From positions 11,286,001 through 11,350,000 of the forward strand of contig CM075990.1 in NCBI GenBank assembly GCA_038087875.1: a stretch of 64,000 bases of DNA, given 5' to 3'. The notes under the pieces were generated by a model. The model had not been told where the DNA came from. It saw only the letters and a program-made list of their open reading frames with translations, and searched no databases. Both the position numbers and the translations under genes were made by a program. Origin of the DNA: Malacoraja senta (taxonomy: Eukaryota). Each line of letters begins with the position of its first letter. Within the stretch, counting starts at the first letter, position 1. Shown in pieces: positions 51,981 to 64,000 of the stretch.

Positions 51981-53377
51981 AGGAAATTCCACATATCTTG
52001 GTTTTAAATGACTGGTTCCTTATCTTGAAACTATGACCCTCCCCCCCCCCCCCCCCCCCCCTCGTTTGAGATTCTCCCACCACTGGAAACCTCTTGATAA
52101 GAATCAAGAATGTTTAATTGTCATATGTACCGGGCATGGAACAATTAAAATCTTCCTTACTGAAGTACAGAATCATGATGTTACTCTAGCATTTTGTGTC
52201 TATCTTCAGTATAAACCAGCATCTGCAGTTCCTTCCTTACACGTAATGACATTGTAATCTGCTTTGCCCCATTTAAGTAACTTCTCCCAACATCCAGACC
52301 TGTCCCTATTCAAAACCATCCCGAAACTTATGGAGTTGTGATCACCATCTCCGAATTCTTCTTATTCCGCAACACCAGTCATGTGCCCAGGCTTGTTTCC
52401 CAACACAAGGTGCAGTATGGTCCCTCCTTGAGTTAAACTATCCACATACTGTTTAAGGAAACCTTTTTGGATACACCTACCAAATTCTGCTCTGTCTAAT
52501 CCTCTTGCCCTGAGTAAGTCCTAGTCAATATTGGGGAAGTTAAAGTCACCCATAACAGCAGCCTTGTGTTCTGGAGAACATGGGTGACATTTCAGATCGG
52601 GACCCTTCTTCAGACAATTTGCTTTTACGTGGCTCCTCCAGCATGATGAAATATATCCAGGTACTCTCTGACAAAGAGCAGCCCTGTTCACATCCATTAA
52701 TGCCTCAAGGTATAACAGCATCAGCTTGCACAGGAGTGTAATATGAACTTGGAACCTTCTGACCAAAGGTTGGGACTATTGCCCACCAAGACTCAGTTCA
52801 CATCCAGCACCAGGATTTGCCACCTAAGGCATGTGCAGCAAAAACATCTAACCCAAAGGGCAGACTTGATCTTCTCTGCTTTGAGACCAATCCAGGCAGT
52901 AATAACTGATCGCACTCTCTGCATTTTACTGCTGCTGAGGCTATTTAGTGCTGATGTTAACCTGGCAGAATGAACAAATTATTATCATTACAAGTCACTT
53001 TTCTCACCCAAAGTCTGAGTTTGATTAATGTTGCGTTTTGACCCATTTTATAACATCTACTTTCTGTCTTTTTCGCAGAACCTGTTATCTGAGTAACTTT
53101 TCCAAGGCAGCTCAATTGCATCAGATTTCACTAAATTACCTTTTGTCTCGCAGTGATTTCATCAATGCACGTTGCGACAGATCCATAGTCTGTCTACATT
53201 ACCAGTGATATATTCTCGGATGATGGATCCCAGAGGTCATTGTCTTTCAAACTCAACATCAGCCGAAGTGAAGCTGAAAAATAATTAACCTGACAATCCA
53301 TGATATTTCAGGCAAAGCTCACGTATTGCATGAGAATTTCTTTTTGATGGTTCCAGTTATCAGCATCGAGACCGTTA

Positions 53378-53512
53378 AACTCAGCGGGTCAGGCAGCATC
53401 TCTGGAGAGAAGGAATAGGTGGAAAAGCCCAAAGTCTCAAACTAAAACGTCACCTTTTCTCCAGAGATGCTGCCTGACCTACAGGGTTAATCCAGCATTT
53501 TGTGTCTATCTT
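53378..53512. mobile_element. Penelope-derived fold-back repeat
   Basis: ggtcaggcagcatctctggaga … tctccagagatgctgcctgacc. Confidence 0.7.
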
Positions 53513-53555
53513 CAAATGCAAATGCTAAATTTGTTCAATACCAAGTCGACCCTAA

Positions 53556-53772
53556 AGGGCCTGTCCAACTTGGGCGTCATTTGCGCGTCATTTACGCGTC
53601 ACGACGCACGACGAGTGCGTCATGTGCATTAGGCGCACATGGAGCGTGGTGAGGCGTGGTGGCGTAGGCAGTGACGCGCGGTCGCGCGCGGTGCCCCAGG
53701 ATTTTGGGATTCACAAAATCTTTGCGCGCCACCTGTGTGACGCGCAAATGACGCCCAAGTGGGACAGGCCCT
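53556..53772. mobile_element. PIF/Harbinger-like MITE, CpG-rich
   Basis: TIR AGGGCCTGTCCAACTTGGGCGTCATTTGCGCGTCA; TSD TAA / TAA. Confidence 0.9.
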
Positions 53773-54427
53773 TAAAGCATCTATCGCAACACAGGCTCAG
53801 CCAGTCCTCACCGAGTTGTCCCATTAACTGACGGCTATTGAGTCCTCCTGAGGACATTTAAAGGCTAAAATCTCTCAGTAAGATCTCAAGGATTGTTACA
53901 GGCCAGAAGAAACCAACAACCACTAATGGATGGATTTCATTTGTCCTTTTACTTAAAGTAGGCAAGCCTAGAAATTGCTCCATGCCTTTTGGCATTGAAT
54001 CTACATTGTAAGTCACTGAAATGACACTTTTACATAGGTGCATAGAAGCAAGAACTTCAGTTGCAAGGTTTGCAGAATGGTATGATTGACTTTTATTAAC
54101 TAACATGTTGTTAGTTTTAGCATGATGGTACAAGATTGTAGATAACTGGGACCCCAGCATTGATACTTGGTGCTCCACTGATTGCACCCTGATTACACTC
54201 AAATGGTATTTTTATTCCTACACTGTTTTTTGTCCATGATTAATTCTCAATCCACACTATTATATTACCTTGATCACAATAACTATTTGGCTAATTTGGT
54301 CTGCAGTTTCTTGTTTTCTCTCCCCCTCCTTCTTAAGTAGTGATTTTACTTTTGTAATCGTCTAGTCTGCATGAGTGGTTTAGAATCTATCGAATCCATG
54401 GACAGTAACAACATGTTAATATTTTTA

Positions 54428-54717
54428 GGTTAGTTTAGAAATACAGCGTGGAAACAGGCCCTTCGGCCCACCGAGTCCATGCCGTCCAGCGATCTTCGCA
54501 CACTAACACTATCTACAAACACACACTACGGACAATTACATCGACAAACTTGTATGTCTTTGGAGTGTGGGAGGAAAGCAGTGATCCCAGAGAAAACCCT
54601 CGCTGGTCATAGGGAGAACATACAAACCCCATATGGACTGCACCTGTAGTCAGAATTGAACCCGAGTCTCTGGCACTGTATGGCAGCAACTCTACCGCTG
54701 CGCGACCATGCCGCCCC
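54428..54717 (-). mobile_element. HE1-like SINE
   Basis: Reverse complement of the family. Confidence 0.85.
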
Positions 54718-56570
54718 ATATCTTCATATCCACTTCTTTCAAACCCTAGGAATGCAGATCATCAGATCCTGGGGATTGTTACCTTTAACTCCCAGTTTGT
54801 AGCCAAGTTGAAACAATCTTTAAAGCCAGTCCTTAAATGAATGTACAACAATAAAATACATCATTCTGTCAGCTACTTGGCGAGTGTTGCTCCTCTTCTT
54901 TCGATCTAGGTCAAAGTTTCGTAATCTGCTATTATATTTTCATGCATTCAAAATGTTCTCCTTCGAAAATAACATTGGCTAGAAATTCGTACATATAACG
55001 TTAACAAAACACTGTAGAGTTGTTGAAAATTGGGTTAACCCCAAGTAGCTAGAAGGGTGTTGTTACTGAAGGAATGGAAGCTACTCTGATGGGAGTGGCT
55101 GCAGGAAGCATGTTCTTTAAAGGCCAAGGAAAATCTCCAGCGCTCCTCCTTGCAGGTTGCCAGGTAGGTCGCTGTAACAACCTGAATGCAATTTCTCAAC
55201 ACGTGCTTCGACAAGGTAGCAATGTTGACAAGTGTCCCATGGCTGCAGGAAAAGAAAATGAAGTCTCTCTTTAGGAAGGGAGTCTGTGTGACTTCCCTAA
55301 TGATGCAGATAACTGTGTTGTGTGGCAAAACTCAGTAACAAAAGCCTGGAATCACAACACTGAGATTGGAAGCGCGATACACTCCAATGCCAGAGTCCCC
55401 GGTTCAATCCTGCCATCAGTTCTTTGGAGTTTGCACGTTCTCCTTAGGACCACATGGGTTTCCTTCAGGTGCTCCCACTTCCTAAAGATTGTCCCTAGTG
55501 TGTAGGGAGTGGATGTGGAAGTGGGTTAACATAGAATCTAGTGTGAATGGGTGATTGATGGTCAGTGTGGACTCAGTGGTCCTGTTTGTTGGGTATTTCA
55601 AGCAATTGATCAAAACCATAGCCTAGACTTTCATGAAGAACGCAGTCGGGACACGTGAGGTGTCTTAGGTGGTCAGAGATCTGTGAGGCCAAAGAAAGCA
55701 AAATGATTGTCGCCCATTTAAAATGACACAGTTTTGTTGGAAACACAGTCACTCGAACATTTGTCATTCTATGAGTAAATAAGAACTGCCAATTTCAGAC
55801 CAGTAAGATTGAAAACCTCACTGGAGATGGATTTTGTATGTTGCATTATCGTTGATATCATACGGGAGTGAATTATGCCAAAAGGAATATGCCAGAGAGA
55901 ATGTAAAACTTCTGAAAAATGGGAAGATTTATTTCCCAAGAGACAGACAAACATCTAGGGATGTTCACAAGTTGCTCTATTCTGGGTTAACCCAATTCCA
56001 ATTGTTCTGCAGAGCTTTTTGTTCTGAAGTTGCATGTATGAATTTCCAGCCCAAGTTATTTTTGAAAGTGAAAACATTTGAATTCATGAAAATATTTATC
56101 ACCAAAATATAATAGCTGATTATGAAACTCTTGCTTAGATAAATAGAAGCGCTGTTGTGTAGCTCAGTGCGACATATTTTAACTGGTTTATTAGGACCTA
56201 CATGGCTCAGGATATTATTCTGCTACTGATATGAAATTGCGATTTATAAAGACCACAACATTTAACTTTAAAGTAAACACTGACTTTCTTCAAATTATTC
56301 TGGCCGTTCAGAAACAAGGCTGAGAAGTTGAAACTCCATTTGAAATTTATGCCATTTTGAAGGCCATTCTGGTGACATTGTCCCAACCCTTATGTACTGG
56401 TCTATTCTTTCACTATTGTTGTAAAGTGTTGCGGAAACGTTTTCATGTAACACTAGAGTACGCTTCATGCACGGCCGTGCGATATTACTTCAGCGGCAAA
56501 GTCCATTTATTTAGTACTTTCGTGCAGTAATGTGTCAAACCACATCTCCGGAGTATTAACAACCAAAAGT

Positions 56571-56598
56571 CTGAAGAAGGGTCTCGACCTGAAACGTC
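56571..56598 (+). ncRNA. Minimal hammerhead-ribozyme-like core in Penelope repeat (56568-56697)
   Basis: CUGAAGA A GGGU CUCG ACCU GAAAC GUC. Confidence 0.55.
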
Positions 56599-57130
56599 AC
56601 CCTTTCCTTCTCTCTAGAGATGCTGCCTGTCCCACTTAGTTACTCCAGCATTTTGTGTCTATTTTCAGTTTAAACCAGCATCTGCAGTTCCTTCCTAAAC
56701 AAAAGTAGGCATGAGATGTTGGAACAGCTGAAGCAAACCTTGGCTGGAGGGGCAGGTTTAAAAAAATTCTAACAATCTTTAACAAATACTGCACCTGCAA
56801 AATTGCTTGCCAGGGGAACAGGGATCTGTTCTTCAGAACTATTATCTTAAAAAGAGAAAGGAAAGACTTGTAGCACCGTTCATTTTCCAGTCAGGACTTC
56901 CAACATTGATCTAAGGACAAAGAAATGTGGTCCCTATGTATAACCAAGGAACTGGGGCCAAGGAAAGAGCATTCACATCGCGGCCCTGTTTCCACCAATG
57001 TTTCCACCAATCTTTCCACCACCACGCACAAGAAGCAACAAGACAGACACCATTGTATGAGGATGCCGAGAAGTGTGTTCAGCTCTAGCTGAACAACTTC
57101 TAACCTTGTGTGTGGACTTGATAAGAAGAA

Positions 57131-57340
57131 CAAGGAACTGCCATTGCTGGTTTATACCAAAGACAGACACAAAATGCTGGAGTAACTCAGTGGGTCAGGC
57201 AGCATGTCTGGAGAACATGGATAGGTGATGTTTCAGATTGAGACCCTCTTCTGACTCTGATGATTCAAATGATTCAGATACAATTCTCCAGAGATGCTCC
57301 CTGACTAGCTGAGTTACTCCAGCATTATGTGTCTTTCTTT
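57131..57340. mobile_element. Penelope-derived fold-back repeat
   Basis: gacacaaaatgctggagtaactcag … ctgagttactccagcattatgtgtc. Confidence 0.7.
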
Positions 57341-57944
57341 TGAATTATAGTCCCTGTTGTGAGGTAGAAACGTGGCAGCTAATTTGTAGACAGCTCACAA
57401 CATCGATGAAGTGGTGACTGAATAATCAAATTTCTTTCTGATATTGATTGAGCGATAAATTACTATCCATAAGTAATCTTGTCCATCTTAGTCATAGTTT
57501 GTTATTATTTGCCGTCATTAAAAAGTACATAACTGCAGGATAATTTAAAGTGATGGTTATAAGAAAACACTTATTGTTTATTTTTCTGACCACCGGCCTC
57601 ACAAGCAAAATTAGACAAGCAATTTTTTAACGGCAAGGTGTAAATAATTTATTTTTTTACAGCAAATGTTACCGAAGAAATCTCATCTCCTACTCCCTGG
57701 AGGGAGAGAACTGGGTCAAGGTGAGGGAAGGAGAAGCAATGAAATGAATGCAGAACAAAAAGGTTACTGGAAGCAGTGAACTTCCATTATTTGTGGCCAT
57801 CTTTCCCTGGTGCTTTGGAATCGCTTCGCTGCCAGTGTGGCAGGCACTGCCTGAAGGGGGACAATGAAAATTGACACCAGCAAGATGACAGAACTCAATC
57901 CAGTCGCACACTTCATCGATTGCTTCATCAATCACCTCGTGTGC

Positions 57945-58280
57945 AAGATAGACACAAAAAGCTGGAGTAACTCAGCAGGCCAGGCAGCTTCTCTGGAGAG
58001 ATGGAGTGGATCGAGACCATTCTTCAGAAGTTACCTTGGCTTGATTCGCCCAACAAGGCTGGCTTGTCAACAGAGTGGAGTTATTTTTACCCCACCGAGA
58101 ACTGAGTGGATAATATCTGAAAAATCCTTTGCTCCTTGGAGGCGGAGTAGTCTGAAGAAGGGTCTTGACCTGAAACGTCACCCATTCCTTCTCTGCAGAG
58201 AGGCTGCCTGTCCTGCTGAGTTACTCCAGCTTTTTGTGTTTATCTTTGGTTTAAGCCAGCATCTGCAGATCCTTCCTGCA
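57945..58280. mobile_element. Penelope-derived inverted pair with ~120-bp spacer
   Basis: Minus copy 57945-58028, plus copy 58149-58280. Confidence 0.7.
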
Positions 58281-58479
58281 CCCCTCATGTGCAAGTATGA
58301 CTCACTGCACATCCAAACCAGTCCAAGATCTTCACCTCACAGTCTGCATCTACTCCTTTCCCTCGGTATCAGACTCCACAAGCGACTATTTAGATTGGGT
58401 AAGTGTTATTTTTGTAGATAAAGTCATAGTACACAGCAAGGAAACCGGCCCTTTGGCCCAACTTCTGCATACCGACCAA

Positions 58480-58646
58480 GATAGACAATAGACAATGTAC
58501 AACAGGTGCAGGAGTAGGCCATTTGGCCCTTCGAGCCAGCACCGCCATTCAATGTGATCATGGCTGATCATCCCCAATCAGCACCCCGTTCCTGCCTCTC
58601 CCCATATCCCCTGACTCCGCTATCCTTAAGAGCTCTATCTAGCTCT
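58480..58646 (-). mobile_element. CR1 LINE 3' end running into the gap
   Basis: aggtgcaggagtaggccatttggcccttcgagccagcaccgccattcaatgtgatcatggctgatc. Confidence 0.85.
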
Positions 58647-58846
58647 NNNNNNNNNNNNNNNNNNNNNNNNNNNNNNNNNNNNNNNNNNNNNNNNNNNNNN
58701 NNNNNNNNNNNNNNNNNNNNNNNNNNNNNNNNNNNNNNNNNNNNNNNNNNNNNNNNNNNNNNNNNNNNNNNNNNNNNNNNNNNNNNNNNNNNNNNNNNNN
58801 NNNNNNNNNNNNNNNNNNNNNNNNNNNNNNNNNNNNNNNNNNNNNN
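58647..58846. other. Assembly gap (200 N)
   Basis: Run of 200 N. Confidence 1.
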
Positions 58847-59152
58847 GCAGGTACACTAATTATTGGTTTCAGTTGCACTGGTTAATTATCGTCAAGTGCA
58901 TTGAGAAACAGTGGCTTGCGTGTTATCTGGGCAATTCATACCATACACTAATAGAACTGGCAGTGCAAAAAAGAGAAAGGAAGCAGATTGCAGAATATAT
59001 TGCTACCACTACAGTGAAGTGCAAATAGAACATAGTGCAAGGGTGCAACAAGGTAGGCTGGGAGATTGGGAATACATCCTTAGCTTGGGTAGACACAATA
59101 TGCTGGAGTATCTCAGCGGGACAGGCAGCATCTCTGGAGAGAAGGAATGGGT

Positions 59153-59180
59153 GACGTTTCGGGTCGAGACCCTTCTTCAG
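59153..59180 (-). ncRNA. Minimal hammerhead-ribozyme-like core, intact consensus
   Basis: Minus strand CUGAAGA A GGGU CUCG ACCC GAAAC GUC. Confidence 0.6.
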
Positions 59181-59182
59181 AG

Positions 59183-59483
59183 CTACTGCTTTACAACACC
59201 AAGGACTCGGGTTCGATCCAGACTATGGGTGCTTGCCGGTACGGAATTTGTACACTCTCCCTGTGATCTGGGTGGGTTTTCTCAGAGATCTTCGGTTTCT
59301 CCAAAGACGTACAGGTTTGTAGGTTAATTTTGTAGGTTAATTGGCTTGGAATGAAATGTAAAATGTAAAATTGTCCCTAGTATGTGTAGGGTGGTGTTAA
59401 TGTGCGGGGATCGCTGGTCGGCACAGACTAGTTGGGCCGAAGGGCATGTTTCAATGCTGTACCTCTAAACTGAACTAAACCTA
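59183..59483 (+). mobile_element. HE1-like SINE lacking its first bases
   Basis: gggttcgatcc…gacgtacaggtttgtaggttaat…ctaaactgaactaaac. Confidence 0.8.
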
Positions 59484-60154
59484 AATTTCTGTTCAAGTCT
59501 AAAAATAGCAAGGAAGAAGCTGTTCTTGAATCTGGTGGTAAGCGCTTTTAAGCTTTAACACTGTGCAACTGCTGTGGTCTGGTAAGGATTTTTGCTGGGG
59601 GCTGCAATATATGATTATATTTAGGAATAAATTCTTGATGATTGCATGGAAATACAACTATCCATGTTTCCCGAGGCTTTGTGAGCAGAGCAGTTACCAT
59701 TGTTTTGTTGAAAAGGTTGGGCAAAATTCTAGAAAATTGATTTAAATGTAGACAAACGCGCACTTTGGTCCTGTTAAGAATAAAACACAGTGAAATGTGC
59801 GCAGGGTCAGAAATCCATTTTCTAGAATTTTGCTCAGCTGCTTAATCAAAGAAACAAATATCCCCAATCGTAGGTTGTTAAATGTCATGGACAGGTCTGG
59901 CAAATGATACTGGCTAATGGAACACTGGCCTCCATGGTAGAAACTCGGAGTGCAAGGGACTTCAGTTATGTAATTGCAATACAAACCACTGTTAAGACCA
60001 CAAGTCGAGCAATTCTACACGGCACACCCATTTATTTTAAGAAAATAAAGCACTGACAAACTGATATTTATACAAACACAAGGAACTCAGCGGGTCAGGC
60101 AGTATCTGTTGAAGGATTAGGCAGGCAACGGTTCGGGTCAAAGCCCTTCTTCGG

Positions 60155-60442
60155 AGAGGGGGAGTCCAGAACCAGGGGCCACAGTTTAAGAATAAGGGGT
60201 AAGCCATTTAGAATGGAGACGAGGTAAAACTTTTTCACACAGAGAGTTGTGAGTCTGTGGAGGCCAATTCTCTGGATACTTTCAAGAGAGAGCTAGATAG
60301 GGCTCTTAAAGCTAGCAGAGTCAGGGGATATGGGGAGAAGGCAGGAACGGGGTACTGATTGGGGATGATCAGCCATGATCACATTGAATGGCGGTGCTGG
60401 TTCGAAGGGTCGAATGGCCTACTCCTGCACTTATGGTCTATT
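60155..60442 (+). mobile_element. CR1 LINE 3' fragment
   Basis: gagtccagaaccaggggccacagtttaagaataagggg…gaatggcctactcctgcac. Confidence 0.85.
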
Positions 60443-61039
60443 AGTATCAATGTGCTTTAAAGCTCCGGCATTGGAGAATAACAACTTGCAGACAACTTTG
60501 TCTGAATAAGGTACTACCTGCTAGTGTGAATAAATTACAATCAGTTTACGTGCACCATTTCCCCAAGTCATGCATACACCATCTGGTACCCAACCTTGTT
60601 TCCAGACAGCTGCTTCATTCCTGGTGCATCTGGAGTGTGTTCAACAAAGATATTTGCTTCCTATCCCCGATGCTCTCTCAAAGCAGGGTTCACATCAGAG
60701 GCAGAGGGGGTGCGTGGACAGAGCTAAACTTAGACTCACACTACTTCATCTTTATTTGATTCAGAAATTGTTTGACACTGTTTTTGCCTCGGGATGTAGG
60801 AGCACGAAATGTTCACCCAGAGAGAAGTGTGTCGGGAGGAACTGCAATGGTTTACACAAAATGCTGGAGTAACTCAGCGGAACAGGCAGCATCTCTCGAG
60901 AGAAGGAATTGAAGACTGGGAGACGTTTTGGGTCGAGACCCTTCTTCACACTCCTGTCTGGATGAGGACGTGCACACACATATCGTTCTGACAGCCTTGG
61001 AAAGGTATTGAGCCTGACTAATGAATGGACGCTAAGCCA

Positions 61040-61266
61040 AGTTTAGTTTAGAGTTTAAAGATACAGGCTCTTCTGCCCACCGGGTCCGCGCCAATCTAGG
61101 GACAATTTTTACATTTACCAAGCCAATACCTGTACGTCTTTGGAGTGTGGGAGGGAACCGAAGATCGCCGTACAGACAGCACCCATAGTTGGGATCGAAC
61201 CCGGGTCTCTGGCGCTGCAATCGCTGTAAGGCAGCAACTCTACCGCTTAGCCACCAATGCCGCCCT
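61040..61266 (-). mobile_element. HE1-like SINE with internal deletions
   Basis: Reverse complement of the family with missing segments. Confidence 0.75.
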
Positions 61267-61846
61267 GTTCTTGCATGGTGTCTGCCTGAGGCAAGCATCT
61301 TCACTGGCCTGATGGAGAACAAGCTCCTCCTGCATTGTGGAGATCTGCTATTTCATTCAGTGCAAAACTTAACAATGACCTCTGAAATTTGAAGTGCTGA
61401 ATTCCAAGTCTAAATCGAACCACTTTTTTTTTTACTGCCGACCTTGAATCATTCAAATGGTGCCCTCTCGTCTTAATGGAAAATTTGTACAGTCCTTAGC
61501 TTTTTTTCGTCCCTGCCTTATGAACCATGTCAACATGGGACCGGCAAGCCAGTTAGACAAATGACTTCAGCCGCTGCCTCTGTGCTTTATCATGAGAGAA
61601 TTGATGATAGAAACTTCACGTTGTGTAATATATCTTAATTTTCAGCCAGTATTGCTCATTGATCTAATGTCGACTGCATTACGAACGATCAGAGACCTGG
61701 GATTTGACAACTTGGCTGCTGTTCCCCGCACAATGCTCAGCAATCATTCTCGACCTGCTTCAGTGACTGGAACTTAGGGTGCAGTGAATAGAAGGAACCA
61801 GGTTGCATTCCTAATTGACTTCCAGCCACAAAGAAACCAACAATAA

Positions 61847-62163
61847 GGGGTGGCACGGTGGCACAGGGGTACAGTTGCTGCCTTACAGTGCTTGCAGCGC
61901 CAGAGACCCAGGTTCGATCCCGACGACGGGCGCTGTCTGTACGGAGTTTGTATGTTATCCCTGTGACCCGCATGGGTTTTCTCCGAGATCTTCGGTTTCT
62001 TCCCACACTCCAAAGACTTGTAGATTAATTGGCTTGGTATAAATGTGAATTGTTCCTCGTGTGTGTAGGATAGTGTTAATGTGTGGGGATCACTGGTCGG
62101 TGCGGACTCGGTGGGCCGAAGGACCTTTTTTCACGCTGTATCTCTAAACTAAACTAAACTAAA
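61847..62163 (+). mobile_element. HE1-like SINE
   Basis: ggggtggcacggtggcacag…ggttcgatcc…ctaaactaaactaaactaaa. Confidence 0.88.
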
Positions 62164-62403
62164 TGAGTTGACTCGCAAGTTAGCGCTGGTCGTGAGTTCA
62201 AGCCTCGCTCTGTGCAACTACCACACTTCTGGAGCAGATGAAATGGTAACTCAAAGAACCATCTGCCCCTCTGTGACCCAACAACAATGGATGAAAGGCA
62301 GGCTGACTGGGGGTTCTCTGGAGCTGGGTAAGTTCGAAAAGGGGTTTTAGGAGCCACAAACGTCAACAGGGAATTTCTTTCCATTTTATGTGGAGAGGAT
62401 TTA

Positions 62404-62848
62404 GGGTGGACGATGGCACAGCAGTGGAGTTGCTGCCTGAGATCCGGGTTCAATCCCGACTACAGTGTTTGTACCGAGTTTGTACGTTCTCGCCATGATA
62501 GCGTGGGTTTTCTCTGGGTGGTCCGGTTTCCTCCCACACCCCAAAGACGTACAGGTTTGCAGGTTAAATGTGTAGGGAGGAACTCCAGATGCTGGTTTAC
62601 ACCAAAGATTGACACAAAATGCTGGAGTAACTCAGTGTGACAGACAGCATCTCTGGAGATGGGTGAAGAAGGATCTCGACTCAAAATGTCACCCATTCCT
62701 TCTCTCCAGTTGGTTTGTAGGTTAATTGGCTTTGGCAAAGATTGTAAATTGTCCCCTGTGTGTAGGATAGTGCTCGTGTATTGGGATCGCTGGTCAGCGC
62801 GGCTCAATGGACCCTGTTTCGGCGCTGTTTCTCTGAACTAAAATTAAA
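62404..62848 (+). mobile_element. HE1-like SINE interrupted by a Penelope fold-back piece (about 62568-62710)
   Basis: ggtttgcaggttaa | insert | ggtttgtaggttaattggc; the motif is duplicated on both sides. Confidence 0.75.
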
Positions 62849-63056
62849 AGGATTTGAGTAGAACAGGGGAGATATCTCTGGAGACACAAAAAAATGCAGA
62901 TGCTGGAATCTGAAGCATAAAGCAAACTTTTGGAGGACCTTGGCAGGTCAGGTGGCATCTGTGAATGCCGAGAGATGGTGTATGTTTCAGGTCGAGACCC
63001 CACATCAGGTTCTCTCATATATTCTTCTAAGTAAATATCCCTCATCAAATAACATT

Positions 63057-63130
63057 ATTATTTCACATTTTATTTCTCTGATAATCTTATGAATATATAT
63101 ATATATCCTTCAATAAATGCTATTTGTTGG

Positions 63131-63162
<32 letters not shown>

Positions 63163-63163
63163 G

Positions 63164-63230
<67 letters not shown>

Positions 63231-63297
63231 AACAAATGGCATTATTGAAGGATATATATATTCATAAGACTATCAGAGAAATAAAATGTGGAATAAT
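63057..63297. repeat. AT-rich palindrome with central (TA)n
   Basis: About 70-bp inverted arms flanking ~98 bp of (TA)n at 63131-63228. Confidence 0.92.
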
Positions 63298-64000
63298 TAT
63301 CCACAAAATAAAAATGTGGAATAATTATCATGGAATTTTACTTTGCATATATCTGTCGATATTTCCCAAGGGGGATCTTACTCTTAAAAAGTATTTCATT
63401 GGTTATGGTATTTTGGGACATCTTGAAGTTATGAAAATTACTATAAAAATCATTAATTCTTGCTAGGGTAATTTTGATGGGATCGGGAAATAAAATGGGG
63501 TCGGGCCACATCTCTGGATGAGTCAAATTGGCTCTGGTTTGAATCGCATTCTCCAGAAGTTTTGAAGCATTCTTTTACACTAGCTTCAACTGTGAACATC
63601 TCTGGACTGTCTTTGTTTGCACTACAGACTTTAGGTTTATTGCACTAGTATTGTGATTTTATTTTAGTCTATTATGTTGTATCTGTGTGTGTTGCATTTA
63701 CAGGCCTGTTATGATGCTGCAAGAAATAAATTCATTCTTCTTGACAATGATTGAGGCTTCAATGATTTAATATCTCTGGGAAAACAGTTGGGTACTCCAG
63801 TGATTAGGTAAACGAGATATTTGTCCACGGTGAAATATCATAGACTGTAAGGTCCCCAAACAAACCAAAAGTTGTGATGCAAACCATGAAACCTAATTAG
63901 GCTCCTCTAATGGTTTACACACAAGATTAGCATCCATAATTGATGCAAAGTAATGTCTGAGACCTGGTGTCTAGTAAATGGCTGCCAATGACTAGACCTA

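Noticed and set aside
53055..53210. Strong splice-acceptor-like site (pyrimidine tract, AG at 53077-53078)
   Set aside because: Downstream frames stop early or give no recognisable protein; no partner exons found. Needs RNA-seq.
56988..57023. 12-bp tandem repeat tttccaccaat(g/c)
   Set aside because: Ordinary short slippage duplication.
57864..58421. 185-aa ORF
   Set aside because: Mostly read-through of two Penelope repeat copies; no recognisable domain.
63089..63466. 125-aa ORF with IY repeats
   Set aside because: Translation of the (TA)n microsatellite.

Overview
Eukaryotic, repeat-dominated, intronic or intergenic DNA. The repeat complement (HE1-type SINEs with CR1/HER1-type LINEs, Penelope-derived repeats, Rex1/Babar, L1, L2) suggests a cartilaginous fish such as a skate or ray; this is inference from family recognition, not a database match. 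I found no host protein-coding exon; every recognisable ORF is a transposon remnant. There are two 200-N assembly gaps. Most notable: (1) a young, internally deleted Mag-like Ty3/Gypsy element whose primer-binding site continues into about 45 nt of tRNA-Leu, then a 75-bp inverted copy of its own integrase gene, which looks like a fossil of aberrant reverse transcription; (2) many Penelope-derived repeats with minimal hammerhead-ribozyme cores, often as fold-back pairs; (3) eight Harbinger-like MITEs, four with TAA/TTA-mismatched target duplications; (4) a teleost-like CORE-SINE nested in a MITE; (5) an L1 flanked by an ~80-bp duplication; (6) a 240-bp AT-rich palindrome. I cannot support a wholly new host gene system here. 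Coordinates of old, diverged repeats are approximate.
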